Source of the DNA: a bacterium
GTDB taxonomy: Bacteria > Zhuqueibacterota > Zhuqueibacteria > Residuimicrobiales > Krinioviventaceae
Assembly (NCBI GenBank): GCA_963693055.1
Contig: OY843751.1
Location: 5,344,001-5,408,000 of the forward strand
DNA length: 64,000 nt
Direction: 5' to 3'
The notes under the pieces are model-generated. The model did no database searches. It was not told where the DNA came from and saw only the letters and a program-made list of their open reading frames with translations. Below are positions 40,628 through 50,745 of this stretch, piece after piece. The position numbers were made by a program, and so were the translations under genes. Every line of letters starts with the position of its first letter. The first letter of the stretch is position 1.

Positions 40628-41404
40628 TTATTCAACAAATATATTATATGCCTTACCCAGGTCTTTGGCTGCAGGGGTAACAATCATTCCTTTTTGGAGT
40701 CTGATCTTGAGTCCCTTAAGCTTAGCCTGCCGCACATCACTTTCGGTTATCAATTTCTTGTCAGGTGCTTTTTCATCCTCATAATAACCCATGCTGCTCT
40801 GAACGATAAACACATTATCGCCATTTTTCAAACCTACTGCATTTCCTTCATCCATATCTATGTGCAGTTGGGTAAGAAAATTATCAGCTACCCGTACAAG
40901 TACATTGCCCATAATGCAGAATCGGGATTCTGCCTTGTCTCCGCGTTCCTGTGCTGGTGCTACAAATACGACATCACCCTGTTTCACTCCCATTTCTTTG
41001 GCATCATCAGCATTAATATGAATATGACGTCGCGAAATCATGACATTCTCGGTAACTTTCATAGATCCGGCAGGACCTTTTAAAGTTACATATTGACCAT
41101 CAGGTAAATTGGTAAATTTGCCGATAGGAGGTGTAATTCCGAGGTGATATGCATCACTGCCCGAGACTTCAATTTGCAGAGTTTTTCGCAAGGGTCCCAA
41201 TACCCGTAAATGTTGAAACTTGCCTTTAGGACCAATACATTCTACGATCTGTTCTGAGGCGAACTCGCCTTTTTGATATAATTCTTTATATACTGAAAGT
41301 TCACTTCCTGGACCAAACAGAATATCCATCGCTTCGCGGGTCAAGTGCATATGTCGGTTGGATACTCCTACGGGGATGAGTTTTGGCAAACCAGACTTCT
41401 CCAA
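40628..41404 (-). CDS. pduL: PduL-type phosphate propanoyl/acetyltransferase with C-terminal extension
   Basis: GVSNRHMHL, LRVLGPLR..QIEVS, RHIH, HIDMDEGNA; TTG start. Confidence 0.88.
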   Translation of the reverse strand: MEKSGLPKLIPVGVSNRHMHLTREAMDILFGPGSELSVYKELYQKGEFASEQIVECIGPKGKFQHLRVLGPLRKTLQIEVSGSDAYHLGITPPIGKFTNLPDGQYVTLKGPAGSMKVTENVMISRRHIHINADDAKEMGVKQGDVVFVAPAQERGDKAESRFCIMGNVLVRVADNFLTQLHIDMDEGNAVGLKNGDNVFIVQSSMGYYEDEKAPDKKLITESDVRQAKLKGLKIRLQKGMIVTPAAKDLGKAYNIFVE

Positions 41405-41590
41405 ATATCATATTAAATTGTTACTTTATAATATATTATGTAATATACATACAAAATATTACTTCTTGCCCTAATAATCAAGTAGAATATTCAATTTTTA
41501 AATAAAATTTCCGGTTTCAATAAAAAGAAATTGCATTAATCCCATTGAATCCCCATATTTAACAAAAATACAACCTGTTATGGAGGAAAA

Positions 41591-42391
41591 ATGAGCGCCA
41601 CCTCAATTCTATTTGACGCACATGTACACATTTATCCTGAATATGATATCGATGGAGCTATCAACGCCAGTTTGAACCACATGAACCGCATTATTGGCAA
41701 AAACAAATTAGCCTCCAACACGGTTAAAATGTGGCTACTAACCGAAGGAACCATCTATAACGGTTTCAACCAGCTATTGGCATTGAATTCTGAACAATAT
41801 ATTGCGGAGAAAACAGGGCTGGCCTCTTTAGTCATTCGCGACAGGCAGTCACAAAACAATCTGCTCTATGTTCTGGCAGGTCGACAGATTGTAAGCAGCG
41901 ACAAGCTGGAAATTTGTGCACTGGCAACAAACTTCAACATGGCAGATCGTGAGCTAAACACGCAGGACACCATAAATAAAGTACGGGAAAATGGTGCTAT
42001 CGCGGCCCTTAACTGGGCACCGGGAAAATGGTTTACCAAAAGAGGGAAAATTGTTTCAAATATTATCGAAACAAACGATCCCAATAATTTATTAATCAGT
42101 GAGACAACCATGCGCCCCACTATTTGGCCGACTCCTGTACTTGTCAAGCAGGCGTTTCGTAAAAATTTCAGAATGATTGTAGGTTCTGACCCTCTACCTT
42201 TTAGCGGTGAAGAATCGCTTGTGGGATCTTATATTTCCATGGTCCAGGGAGAATTTGATCCGCAAAATCCAGAGGGATCAATAAAAGCATTACTCATGGA
42301 TCCATCTATTAAAATTAAACGATTGGGAAAAAGAAGCGGGCCCTTTATTTTTGCCAAGAGACAATACAAAATCATGAGTTATAATAAATAA
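41591..42391 (+). CDS. Hypothetical protein, PHP/amidohydrolase-like fold
   Basis: N-terminal DAHVH and C-terminal GSD motifs; GGAGG SD. Confidence 0.6.
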   Translation: MSATSILFDAHVHIYPEYDIDGAINASLNHMNRIIGKNKLASNTVKMWLLTEGTIYNGFNQLLALNSEQYIAEKTGLASLVIRDRQSQNNLLYVLAGRQIVSSDKLEICALATNFNMADRELNTQDTINKVRENGAIAALNWAPGKWFTKRGKIVSNIIETNDPNNLLISETTMRPTIWPTPVLVKQAFRKNFRMIVGSDPLPFSGEESLVGSYISMVQGEFDPQNPEGSIKALLMDPSIKIKRLGKRSGPFIFAKRQYKIMSYNK

Positions 42392-42400
42392 CGATCTTGC

Positions 42401-44047
42401 ATGTCTTTATTTAATATCAAAAATATATTGTTAATAGGGTTATTATCCGTCCTGGCAGCCGCTGGTCAGCAAGACTTTGAGTTTCAAATCAATATTGATG
42501 CATTGCGCAATCACGCAGAATATCTAGCCGATGATGAACTGCGCGGAAGGGGTACAGGCACCTATGGAGAAAAGCTGGCAGCAGAATACCTTGCCATGGA
42601 ATTTGAGCGATTAAACCTGTTCCCGCTTGGAGATAACGGAAATTACTTTCAAAACATCCCCATGCACAGCAGTGAGTCGCTTTCCGGATGCCAGGCCCTG
42701 TTATATAACAATACAGACACCTTGAATCTTGAACTGGAAAAAGATTATCTGCTATTCAAGTCCGGAGCTCAAACTCTGGTACCCAAGCCAATCGATCTGG
42801 TTTTTGTGGGTTATGGCATTTTTGCGCCCGAATACGATTATAACGATTATCAATCTGTTGATGTTAGCAACAAGATTGTAGTATACCTGGATGGAGAGCC
42901 GGTATCTACAGACAAATCCTACTTTAACGGAACCGAGCAAACCATCTATGCGTACCCGGAATCCAAAGAGCGCATGGCAATATCGCGAGGTGCACGGGGA
43001 AGTATATTACTGCTTAATCCGCAAAATCCCCGTTTTCGTACCTGGGAGCATTATGTACAAAATTACGCCTTTACCGAGGTCACCCTGGCCTATTCTGTAA
43101 CCGCGCATCTCAGTCTCATTTTGAATCCAAATAGTGCGGCCCACTTGTTTAAAAACGCGCAATACTCGCTGCAAGACATCTATACCATGGACAAAAACAA
43201 TACGCTGAAAAGCTTTGATCTGGCAACATCCCTCTCTTTCAAAGGCCAGTTTAAACAACGGGATTTTATTTCTCCCAATGTCATTGCCATGTTGTCCGGC
43301 AGTGACTCTAAACTCAAGCACGAATATATCATCATAACCGCGCATTACGATCATTTGGGTATAGGCAAACCCATGCTCGCGGATTCCATCTATAACGGAT
43401 TTGGAGACAATGCCCTGGGCTGTGCGGGCGTTCTTGAAATGGCGCGGGTACTATCTGAAAATCGAAAAAAGCTGAAACGTTCTTTCATCTTTCTAATGGT
43501 CACCGGTGAGGAAAAAGGACTACTTGGTTCAACCTATTACATTGATCATCCGGCGGTCCCACTTTACAGAACCATTGCCAACCTGAATGTGGATGGTCTG
43601 GCCATGTTTGATGAATTTAACGATATTGTGGGAGTAGGCCACGAGCTCTCTGATCTGGATGAAACCCTCAAAGAAACGGCAAACCAACTGGGACTTTTAA
43701 CCAGCCCTGTGCCTCAGCAGTTTATGGTATCTGAATCTTTTGCACGTTCCGATCAGATATCTTTTGCCAAAGCCGGTATCCCTTCGATCCTGATTATGGA
43801 TGGCTTGCAATACAAAAGACTGACTCCGGTTCAAGGTCTCCAAATGCATATAAATTGGATTGATCACATATATCATACCCCTTTTGATGATAAAGACCAA
43901 ACCATGAACTATAAAGCGGCTCAGCAACATTGCCGGGTTTTAACACATTTTATTTTTAACACGGCCAATAGAGAATCAGAACCTCAATGGAAACCCGGCA
44001 CACCCTATATCAATGCAAGATTACAAACCATAGCGGAAAAAAGATGA
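42401..44047 (+). CDS. M28 family metallopeptidase with PA domain, secreted
   Basis: LADDELRGRGTG, AHYDHLG, DNALG, GEEKGLLGS, RSDQ, YHTPFD. Confidence 0.9.
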   Translation: MSLFNIKNILLIGLLSVLAAAGQQDFEFQINIDALRNHAEYLADDELRGRGTGTYGEKLAAEYLAMEFERLNLFPLGDNGNYFQNIPMHSSESLSGCQALLYNNTDTLNLELEKDYLLFKSGAQTLVPKPIDLVFVGYGIFAPEYDYNDYQSVDVSNKIVVYLDGEPVSTDKSYFNGTEQTIYAYPESKERMAISRGARGSILLLNPQNPRFRTWEHYVQNYAFTEVTLAYSVTAHLSLILNPNSAAHLFKNAQYSLQDIYTMDKNNTLKSFDLATSLSFKGQFKQRDFISPNVIAMLSGSDSKLKHEYIIITAHYDHLGIGKPMLADSIYNGFGDNALGCAGVLEMARVLSENRKKLKRSFIFLMVTGEEKGLLGSTYYIDHPAVPLYRTIANLNVDGLAMFDEFNDIVGVGHELSDLDETLKETANQLGLLTSPVPQQFMVSESFARSDQISFAKAGIPSILIMDGLQYKRLTPVQGLQMHINWIDHIYHTPFDDKDQTMNYKAAQQHCRVLTHFIFNTANRESEPQWKPGTPYINARLQTIAEKR

Positions 44048-44871
44048 GAAAAATTCTGTTTGCGATCACTCTGTTACTCTATACAAGCTGTCATTACACC
44101 AACCAAAATGACAGCAAGATCATTCGGCTCAAAGGCTCAGATACCATGTATGTATTATCTCGTCATTGGGCTGAATCATATATGAAAACGCATCCGCAAA
44201 CATCCGTATATTATGAAGGTGGCGGTACTGGCTCCGGTGCCAGAGCATTGGCAAACGGCAGTGTAGATATTTGTACAGCTTCCAGACCGCTTAGACCTGA
44301 AGAGGCACAGATACTAGTGGACTTTACCGGCTCGCTGGGTGTATCTCATCGGGTTGCCAAAGATGCACTATGTATCTACCTGCATCCCGCCAACCCTGTC
44401 AATTCACTAACGCTTGAACAGGTTGAAAAAATATATCTGGGTGAAATAATAAACTGGGACCAGGTAGGTGGTAACAATGCGGCTATTGAGCTCTATGATC
44501 GTCTGCCCAATTCCGGTACACACCTCTATCTCAGAGAACACGTCCTTGATGGCGAAGCCTTTCATGCAGAGCATATATTATCCGTAGCATCTGCTGCGGA
44601 TATGGTTGCTCAAGTTTCAGAGGACGTTAATGCCATTGGTTATGGAGGTATCATTCAACATCCGGGTATCAAATTCAGCAAGATCAATAATATTGAACCC
44701 ATGCCGGAAAACATACAAAATGACTCTTATCCCATCATCCGGTATCTCTATCTCTATACACCCAACACACCACAAGGGCATGTAAAACGATTTATCGATT
44801 GGGTACTGGGTCCTCAAGGCCAGGCAATAGTGGAACAGACAGGCTTTTTCCCCATCTGGCAAGATTCATAA
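44044..44871 (+). CDS. pstS: Phosphate ABC transporter substrate-binding lipoprotein
   Basis: Lipobox YTSC, KGSDTM, GGGTGSG, ASR, NSGT, AIGY, YPIIRYLYLY; ATG 44044 overlaps the peptidase stop. Confidence 0.88.
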   Translation: MRKILFAITLLLYTSCHYTNQNDSKIIRLKGSDTMYVLSRHWAESYMKTHPQTSVYYEGGGTGSGARALANGSVDICTASRPLRPEEAQILVDFTGSLGVSHRVAKDALCIYLHPANPVNSLTLEQVEKIYLGEIINWDQVGGNNAAIELYDRLPNSGTHLYLREHVLDGEAFHAEHILSVASAADMVAQVSEDVNAIGYGGIIQHPGIKFSKINNIEPMPENIQNDSYPIIRYLYLYTPNTPQGHVKRFIDWVLGPQGQAIVEQTGFFPIWQDS

Positions 44872-45915
44872 AGAAGCGTTTGCACTTTTTTTGGAAAATC
44901 CGCCAAGATAAAAAAGCATAATAAATAATATACTGATACTCACCTGCATATAGAATGTTAAAAAACGCCATCCCAGGGTCATAACTCCCAAAAACTCTTT
45001 GGGGATAAATGCTGCATACATGAAATAAAAAGAAGCCTCTGCTCCCGCCGCCGCTCCCGGAGTGGGAACCAGCGTCATGATTGTAAACGTCATCCATTGA
45101 AATAGAAAAAACAAAACAGGATCAACAGGAACATTCAGAGATACCAGCAACGCGGTAACAACAGAATACCGGCAAGTCCATTGTAAAGCAACAAGTGTCA
45201 TGGATGCAATAAATTGTGTTTTACCGCGCTTACCAATCAGGATATATACAAGTTTAAAATCCTGCCAAACTTTGGAAGATTTTTTTTGAATAACAGTTAA
45301 CAACCGGGACTTTGCAGCCAATTGTTCATTTCTTAATAATACTATCAGCACGATCAATACTACCAGAATGATTGCAATAACAATCAGGTAATTTCTGGCA
45401 AAGCTCAAATGGTGAACTAAATCCCGTATTACCGGTAATTCACAACAAGAAGAAACAATAAAGGCGGTTGGCACCGCAAAGAGAAAAAACAAACCGTCTT
45501 CTACAGTCCCCAATGTCATCAATGAAGCTGCCGCACCTGTAGTCATCCCCTTGCTAATGAGCATACCCGCTTTAACGTATCCTCCGCCAATAGCAGTGGG
45601 ACTAATTGCAGAACCCAGATCCTGACTTAGAATGATCTTGAACAATTCACGAAAAGGGATCTTTTTATCTAAAAATCGTGTCCAGATCATTAATCTCAAT
45701 GTGTTAGTAAACCAGGGAACAAAGGCCAGTGTTATGGCCAACAAAAAATACAAGGGCCTGAACTTGAACAAAACCTCAAAAATACCCCGGTCTGTTGTTA
45801 AAAGGGAAAAAACAATGTTACCGGCCATACCCAAAATGACGACCCCAATACCATATTTGACAAAACGTCTAAAATCCGGTTCGTTTGCATTAATTTTTAT
45901 TGACGGAAATTTCAT
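44866..45915 (-). CDS. Lysylphosphatidylglycerol synthase TM / flippase-like membrane protein
   Basis: Multi-TM; SAISPTAIGGG, PTPGAAAGAE and WRFLTFY motifs. Confidence 0.85.
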   Translation of the reverse strand: MKFPSIKINANEPDFRRFVKYGIGVVILGMAGNIVFSLLTTDRGIFEVLFKFRPLYFLLAITLAFVPWFTNTLRLMIWTRFLDKKIPFRELFKIILSQDLGSAISPTAIGGGYVKAGMLISKGMTTGAAASLMTLGTVEDGLFFLFAVPTAFIVSSCCELPVIRDLVHHLSFARNYLIVIAIILVVLIVLIVLLRNEQLAAKSRLLTVIQKKSSKVWQDFKLVYILIGKRGKTQFIASMTLVALQWTCRYSVVTALLVSLNVPVDPVLFFLFQWMTFTIMTLVPTPGAAAGAEASFYFMYAAFIPKEFLGVMTLGWRFLTFYMQVSISILFIMLFYLGGFSKKSANASL

Positions 45916-47044
45916 ATAATCTATACATTTTACTGAATGTTTTATACCAGGAGAATTCCTGCTCTACCCATTTTCGCGCGTTTCTACCTTTTTCTCTGAA
46001 TCCATTCGTTGAAAGCTCAAACATTGTATTTGCCATCTCTGTAACTGATCCCGGTTCTACCAACACACCCACTGATGGATTCACACGTTCCTGCAATGCA
46101 CCTGCATTTACACCCAGTACCGGCAGCCCGCTAGCCTGTGCTTCAATAATAGACAGCCCAAAGGTTTCATGCGGTCCGGCGGTTACATATACATCCGCGG
46201 AAGCAAGTATCTCTGCAAGTTCATTTTTATTATGTACATAGGGTATGTAATGAATATCAGGATGTTTGGCCGCGTAATCCATCACCAGAGGTTCAAGAGG
46301 GCCTTGCCCCACTATCATCAAAGCACCATTAAATCGATTAAAACTTTTTTCAAAGGCATTTAAAATCACATCGATTCTTTTTTCAGAATCCAACCGGCCC
46401 GCGTAAATTAATACAATTTTATCTTCCAGGGCAAATCGCTGCCTGATGGTGCCGGTACGACGAGAAGGATGAAAAATATCTGCGTCTACACCCAAAGGGA
46501 TCTTGGCGACTCTTTTGATTCCCATTTTCAATAATTTTCTTTTCAAAAGTTCAGACGCGGTTGCCGTATAATCAAAACAGTTGTATATCTTGTGTGCGTA
46601 CCACTCACTCAAATGTTTTGCGACACTCCCCCAGCCGTTACCGGCAATTTTGGCTACTTCCTGTTCTGAATATGCAGTAGGAAAATCCGTATGATAAAAT
46701 CCAATAATTGAACAGGGGTAATAACGCCTGTACAACATCGCCGGGTACGGCATCAAATATGGACTGCCGATCTCGATAACATCCGGTCGTTCAGCTTTAA
46801 GAATTGAATAAACCTTGTCCAAACGAAATGTATATCGATAAGGTTCACATTTGGGGATGTGAGGCGCTTTTATAGTTATGGTTGTAAATCGAGCTTCCCG
46901 GATAATGCTGTCATTTTCTCCGGGAATAACAAGTAAATGCTCGTCTCTTGTATGGTTTTGAATATATTTGCGTTTTTCATGAATATAGGTTCGAATACCA
47001 CCGCTTTGGGGAGTATAGGCCTGTGTTAAATCACAAATCTTCAT
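45890..47044 (-). CDS. Glycosyltransferase family 4
   Basis: SGGIRTY, YHTDFP, YAGRLDSEK, ETFGLSIIE. Confidence 0.92.
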   Translation of the reverse strand: MKICDLTQAYTPQSGGIRTYIHEKRKYIQNHTRDEHLLVIPGENDSIIREARFTTITIKAPHIPKCEPYRYTFRLDKVYSILKAERPDVIEIGSPYLMPYPAMLYRRYYPCSIIGFYHTDFPTAYSEQEVAKIAGNGWGSVAKHLSEWYAHKIYNCFDYTATASELLKRKLLKMGIKRVAKIPLGVDADIFHPSRRTGTIRQRFALEDKIVLIYAGRLDSEKRIDVILNAFEKSFNRFNGALMIVGQGPLEPLVMDYAAKHPDIHYIPYVHNKNELAEILASADVYVTAGPHETFGLSIIEAQASGLPVLGVNAGALQERVNPSVGVLVEPGSVTEMANTMFELSTNGFREKGRNARKWVEQEFSWYKTFSKMYRLYEISVNKN

Positions 47045-47072
47045 ATACGTTACAAATTCTCCATATCAGGAT

Positions 47073-48941
47073 TTAATAAACCTGTGGGCCGGTAACAGAT
47101 GATTGAATTCCGGATACAGATTTACGGGTGGTTCGGGTAATCTTTTCTGGTTTAACATTTAAAGATATTAACAAATCATACCCTGCCTGTCCACTAACCT
47201 GAATCTCTTGCATTTGATTATAAAACAATCGAATACAATACTGAACAATCTTGTACTTGTTCCGGTCTTTAATGCTGTCCAGCCATTTCATCACCTGACG
47301 GTGTGGAAATCTGGCAGCAACCGGAATATTTAACAACCTTCCAATCAACATTCCGGTTATTGCCATACTTTTAAATGATGAAATATAGATCATTTCATAA
47401 TCTTTGTTTACCAAATCATACAAAACTTTAAGAAACGGTGGCAATTTGATACAGATATTTTTTTCAGGATCTAAGGTTATACTGGTTATCATTTTATAAA
47501 TGATTACGTTATTATCTTTGCAGAACCGATCAGAAATTCCAAGGTACATGGGTTGACGTGATATGGTTTCCTGACCCAACAGACGTAATGGAAGACGATG
47601 ATTACGTGAATGGAGTAAAGCGTTTTCGGTAAATACAGCAATCCTGCCTCTGTAAAACCTGCCGTTTTGGGTAAACGTATTTGCAGCCTGGCGCATGAGA
47701 TGACGGTCCTGATATTCTGTTCGTGCTGCAATAGCATAGGGAAGGATTACGGGCAGCAAAGACAGCAACGGTTTGATAAGCGACAACTTTTCCAGTACGC
47801 CGGCATTGTTCCGGGGAGATGCGATTTTCTTGACAACACCGGCAATACTGGTATGCGTTATCCTGCACATGCTTTTGAAAAACTGTTTATTTTGCACAGC
47901 GTCAAAATGCGCATTTCCTGTTAAAAATCTTTGAAATCTTTTATTATAAATAGCTTCATATTGAAAGGCTTGTTTAGGACCCTCAACTATTTCCGGAACA
48001 AACAATGGCTCTAGTCCGGGGAATTTGGCCAGGCTGAACAGAAATCCGGTTGTTAGATCTGCAATTCTATGCTTTTGGGCTTTTTCAAACATATTGTCAA
48101 GTACAGCATGTGTTACTTTAGAATTGAGATGGGGAATAGAAATATTTTGATGTTTGGCATGTTTATAGGAAACAGCCATAACCTGGTGCGCAACCGACAG
48201 CATACTACCGCCATATCCATGGGCCCTGCATTTACCGGTTCGAATATTATCAAGCAGTTCATATTTATTTTCAGAAAACTGGCATACGGTGTGGGGACAA
48301 GTAATTAAAATACCACCATGATCATCGGAACCTGCAACCATGCTTTTGGTCCAGGGCTCAAGTCCTATGGGATCAATACCGTGCTTTATAGCAAGTCGAT
48401 CAATATCCTCATGGGTTAATCCCTTTAATATCTTTTTCAAGAGTTTATCGGGAACCAGTTGCTTGCCGCCATTCTTGGTTTCAAAAACCTGAAACAAAAG
48501 CAGCATTTTTTCAAAATGCTCCATTGTCAGGGTGCGGCCCATTTTGAAAAACGGGTGCGCAATAAAATGGATAATATTTTGTGAATAAAGATATTGCACC
48601 AGTTCATAAATATTATAACGGAGGTATTGTATTTCCCGATGTATGTTTTCATTAATGTCCAGACAAACCACATGTACCTTGGCATTATCTTCCGGGAAAA
48701 ATGTGGTTACTTCTTCACTCATGAAAAAATCATCATAGTGGGCTATTTCAAGTGCACCATTGATAGTATCATGATCAGTTATGGTTACAAAATCCATCCC
48801 CCGGGATTTTGCAATTTGATATACTTGTTGGGGAGCTGTATAAGATTCGTTTGCTCCCAGCGTCTTTAAAAGCCAGTCACCTGCGTTTTTAGAGAAACAG
48901 GTGTGTACATGTAAATCTATAGATGAATATTCTTGATTCAT
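47073..48941 (-). CDS. PHP-domain phosphoesterase fused to a degenerate, truncated GT4 N-terminal domain
   Basis: DLHVH, TITDHD, SEE, AHP and GSDDHG metal ligands; C-terminal RIAVFTE...LPPFLK...GRLLNIPV resembles a GT4 N-domain with no EX7E domain; start 48941 or 48998. Confidence 0.8.
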   Translation of the reverse strand: MNQEYSSIDLHVHTCFSKNAGDWLLKTLGANESYTAPQQVYQIAKSRGMDFVTITDHDTINGALEIAHYDDFFMSEEVTTFFPEDNAKVHVVCLDINENIHREIQYLRYNIYELVQYLYSQNIIHFIAHPFFKMGRTLTMEHFEKMLLLFQVFETKNGGKQLVPDKLLKKILKGLTHEDIDRLAIKHGIDPIGLEPWTKSMVAGSDDHGGILITCPHTVCQFSENKYELLDNIRTGKCRAHGYGGSMLSVAHQVMAVSYKHAKHQNISIPHLNSKVTHAVLDNMFEKAQKHRIADLTTGFLFSLAKFPGLEPLFVPEIVEGPKQAFQYEAIYNKRFQRFLTGNAHFDAVQNKQFFKSMCRITHTSIAGVVKKIASPRNNAGVLEKLSLIKPLLSLLPVILPYAIAARTEYQDRHLMRQAANTFTQNGRFYRGRIAVFTENALLHSRNHRLPLRLLGQETISRQPMYLGISDRFCKDNNVIIYKMITSITLDPEKNICIKLPPFLKVLYDLVNKDYEMIYISSFKSMAITGMLIGRLLNIPVAARFPHRQVMKWLDSIKDRNKYKIVQYCIRLFYNQMQEIQVSGQAGYDLLISLNVKPEKITRTTRKSVSGIQSSVTGPQVY

Positions 48942-48948
48942 AAAACGA

Positions 48949-50103
48949 CTAACTGGCTTTGCTGTAAATAAAGGGTTTCTTAATCTGCTGTCCTTCAATC
49001 ACAGATTTATAGCTATCTATCAGTCTCGAATTGATAGCAGACCAACTGTATTTTTTAGCGGTCTCTCTTCCCTGCCTGCCCAATGTTTTGAGCAATGTAG
49101 AATCAGCAAGAAATTTTTCTATATGCACGGCAAAATCAACAGGATCATTTGGCTTTGCGAGGAATCCGTCATACCCGTGGTTTATCACATCACCTACGCC
49201 ACCCTTGGCAACACCCACCGCCGGTATACCTGAAGCAAAAGACTCTAAAATTACATTTCCAAAAGTTTCTGTAGTAGAAGGAAAAACAAACAGATCGGCA
49301 GAAGCATACCATTCGTAAAGCGGTTTACCTTTTAAATAACCGGTATAGTGCGCGTCCGGCATTTTTTCTTCCAATTCCTGGCGCATGGGACCGTCACCAA
49401 CAATTACGATCTGATAATCATATCTTTCTTTGAGCATATTATGAGCAACAACCAGATCATCCAGGTCTTTATGATTGATCAATCGGCCAACAAACAATAA
49501 AATCGGCTTATCATCCGCACCTATTGACTGACGCAGTTGGGTACTGCGAAGACGTGGAGAAAATTTATCCAACTCAATTCCACGCTGCCAGAGTTCAGCA
49601 TTGGGAATGCCATGTTTTTCCAGTTCTGCAATTGCTGAAGGAGTAGGCGTATAATTTTTAAGGCATTTGCTGTGGAACCACTTTAAAAAAGCCCAGCCAT
49701 AACTTTCCAGTCCACCAATACCAAAATAGGGAAAATAATGCACCCAATGAGTATGGTAACTGGATACTACAGGGATATTGTTTCGTTTCGCGTAATGCAG
49801 CGCCCACAAACCCATCAAACTGGGTGCTGCAATATGGACCAGATCGGGATTTAGAAAATCCAGATCATATTCAAGATTATCGAAATAGGGCACACCAATT
49901 TTGTACTCTTTGTATAATGCAAGGGGCACAGAACTGACTTTTCTTACACGATCAGCCCAATCATAACCGGATTCCGGTTTAACCGGTGAAAAAAACTTGA
50001 AATTAACGTCCTGTTCAAGTAAAGAATCCGCCAGAAAAGACATGGTCTTTTGCACGCCGTCTGTATTTGGCGGCAAACTCTCTGTAAAAATTGCAAGATT
50101 CAT
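48949..50103 (-). CDS. Glycosyltransferase family 4 (diacylglycerol glycosyltransferase MgtA/SqdX/Agt-like)
   Basis: IFTESLPPNTDGV, VSSYHT, RGIE..FSP, FVGRL, FPSTTETFGNVILE. Confidence 0.92.
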   Translation of the reverse strand: MNLAIFTESLPPNTDGVQKTMSFLADSLLEQDVNFKFFSPVKPESGYDWADRVRKVSSVPLALYKEYKIGVPYFDNLEYDLDFLNPDLVHIAAPSLMGLWALHYAKRNNIPVVSSYHTHWVHYFPYFGIGGLESYGWAFLKWFHSKCLKNYTPTPSAIAELEKHGIPNAELWQRGIELDKFSPRLRSTQLRQSIGADDKPILLFVGRLINHKDLDDLVVAHNMLKERYDYQIVIVGDGPMRQELEEKMPDAHYTGYLKGKPLYEWYASADLFVFPSTTETFGNVILESFASGIPAVGVAKGGVGDVINHGYDGFLAKPNDPVDFAVHIEKFLADSTLLKTLGRQGRETAKKYSWSAINSRLIDSYKSVIEGQQIKKPFIYSKAS

Positions 50104-50112
50104 AACATCACC

Positions 50113-50646
50113 CTAAATTATTAATAGTCCAAATTGCGCACAAAATACGCCTAAAATCAAGCCTGCAAGAACATCAGAAGGGAAATGCAGGCCATTATAG
50201 ATCCGTGAAAATCCAATAACAGAAGCAATCAGAAATACCGGAATAGTAAATACCGGATAAAAATGACTAATTAAAACAGCCATTAAAAACGCGGCGGCCG
50301 TATGGCCAGAGGGAAAACTAAATTTATCGGGAGGTTTTACAAGAAATTTGATTTGTAAAAGCTTGTCGAAAGGTCTTTTACGCTTGAATTTATTTTTCAA
50401 CATCACCTGTATTGTTACTTCAAGGATAAATGACAAAACACCAGCCAGTAAAAACCGGGGCGCAATAGATAGATCTAAAACAAACAGAAACAATGCAATT
50501 ACCGCATAAATATAGCCATCTCCAATGCGTGAGCTCCAATACATAATGGTGTCCATTATTTTTCTACCGGAAAGCCTGAATATCCGGATAGAGACGGCAC
50601 TGTCCCAGGCTGCAACATTATTCATTATAATTCTGACCATCAGCAT
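50113..50646 (-). CDS. PAP2 family membrane phosphatase
   Basis: K.....RKRP, FSFPSGH and SRIYNGLHFPSD motifs. Confidence 0.93.
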   Translation of the reverse strand: MLMVRIIMNNVAAWDSAVSIRIFRLSGRKIMDTIMYWSSRIGDGYIYAVIALFLFVLDLSIAPRFLLAGVLSFILEVTIQVMLKNKFKRKRPFDKLLQIKFLVKPPDKFSFPSGHTAAAFLMAVLISHFYPVFTIPVFLIASVIGFSRIYNGLHFPSDVLAGLILGVFCAQFGLLII

Positions 50647-50701
50647 TACCTGATATTATACATTCGTTTTACATTAAATTGTACAAATGTAAAATTATTC
50701 A

Positions 50702-50734
50702 GACATAAAGGATATGTTAAGAAATGGTAAAATA
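50702..50734 (-). promoter_or_regulatory. Pho-box-like 11-bp direct repeats upstream of the PAP2/GT operon
   Basis: Plus strand GACATAAAGGA-TATGTTAAGAA-ATGGTAAAATA; core TGTTAAG shared with 56912 and 59405. Confidence 0.55.
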
Positions 50735-50745
50735 TGGGCGGGTAG

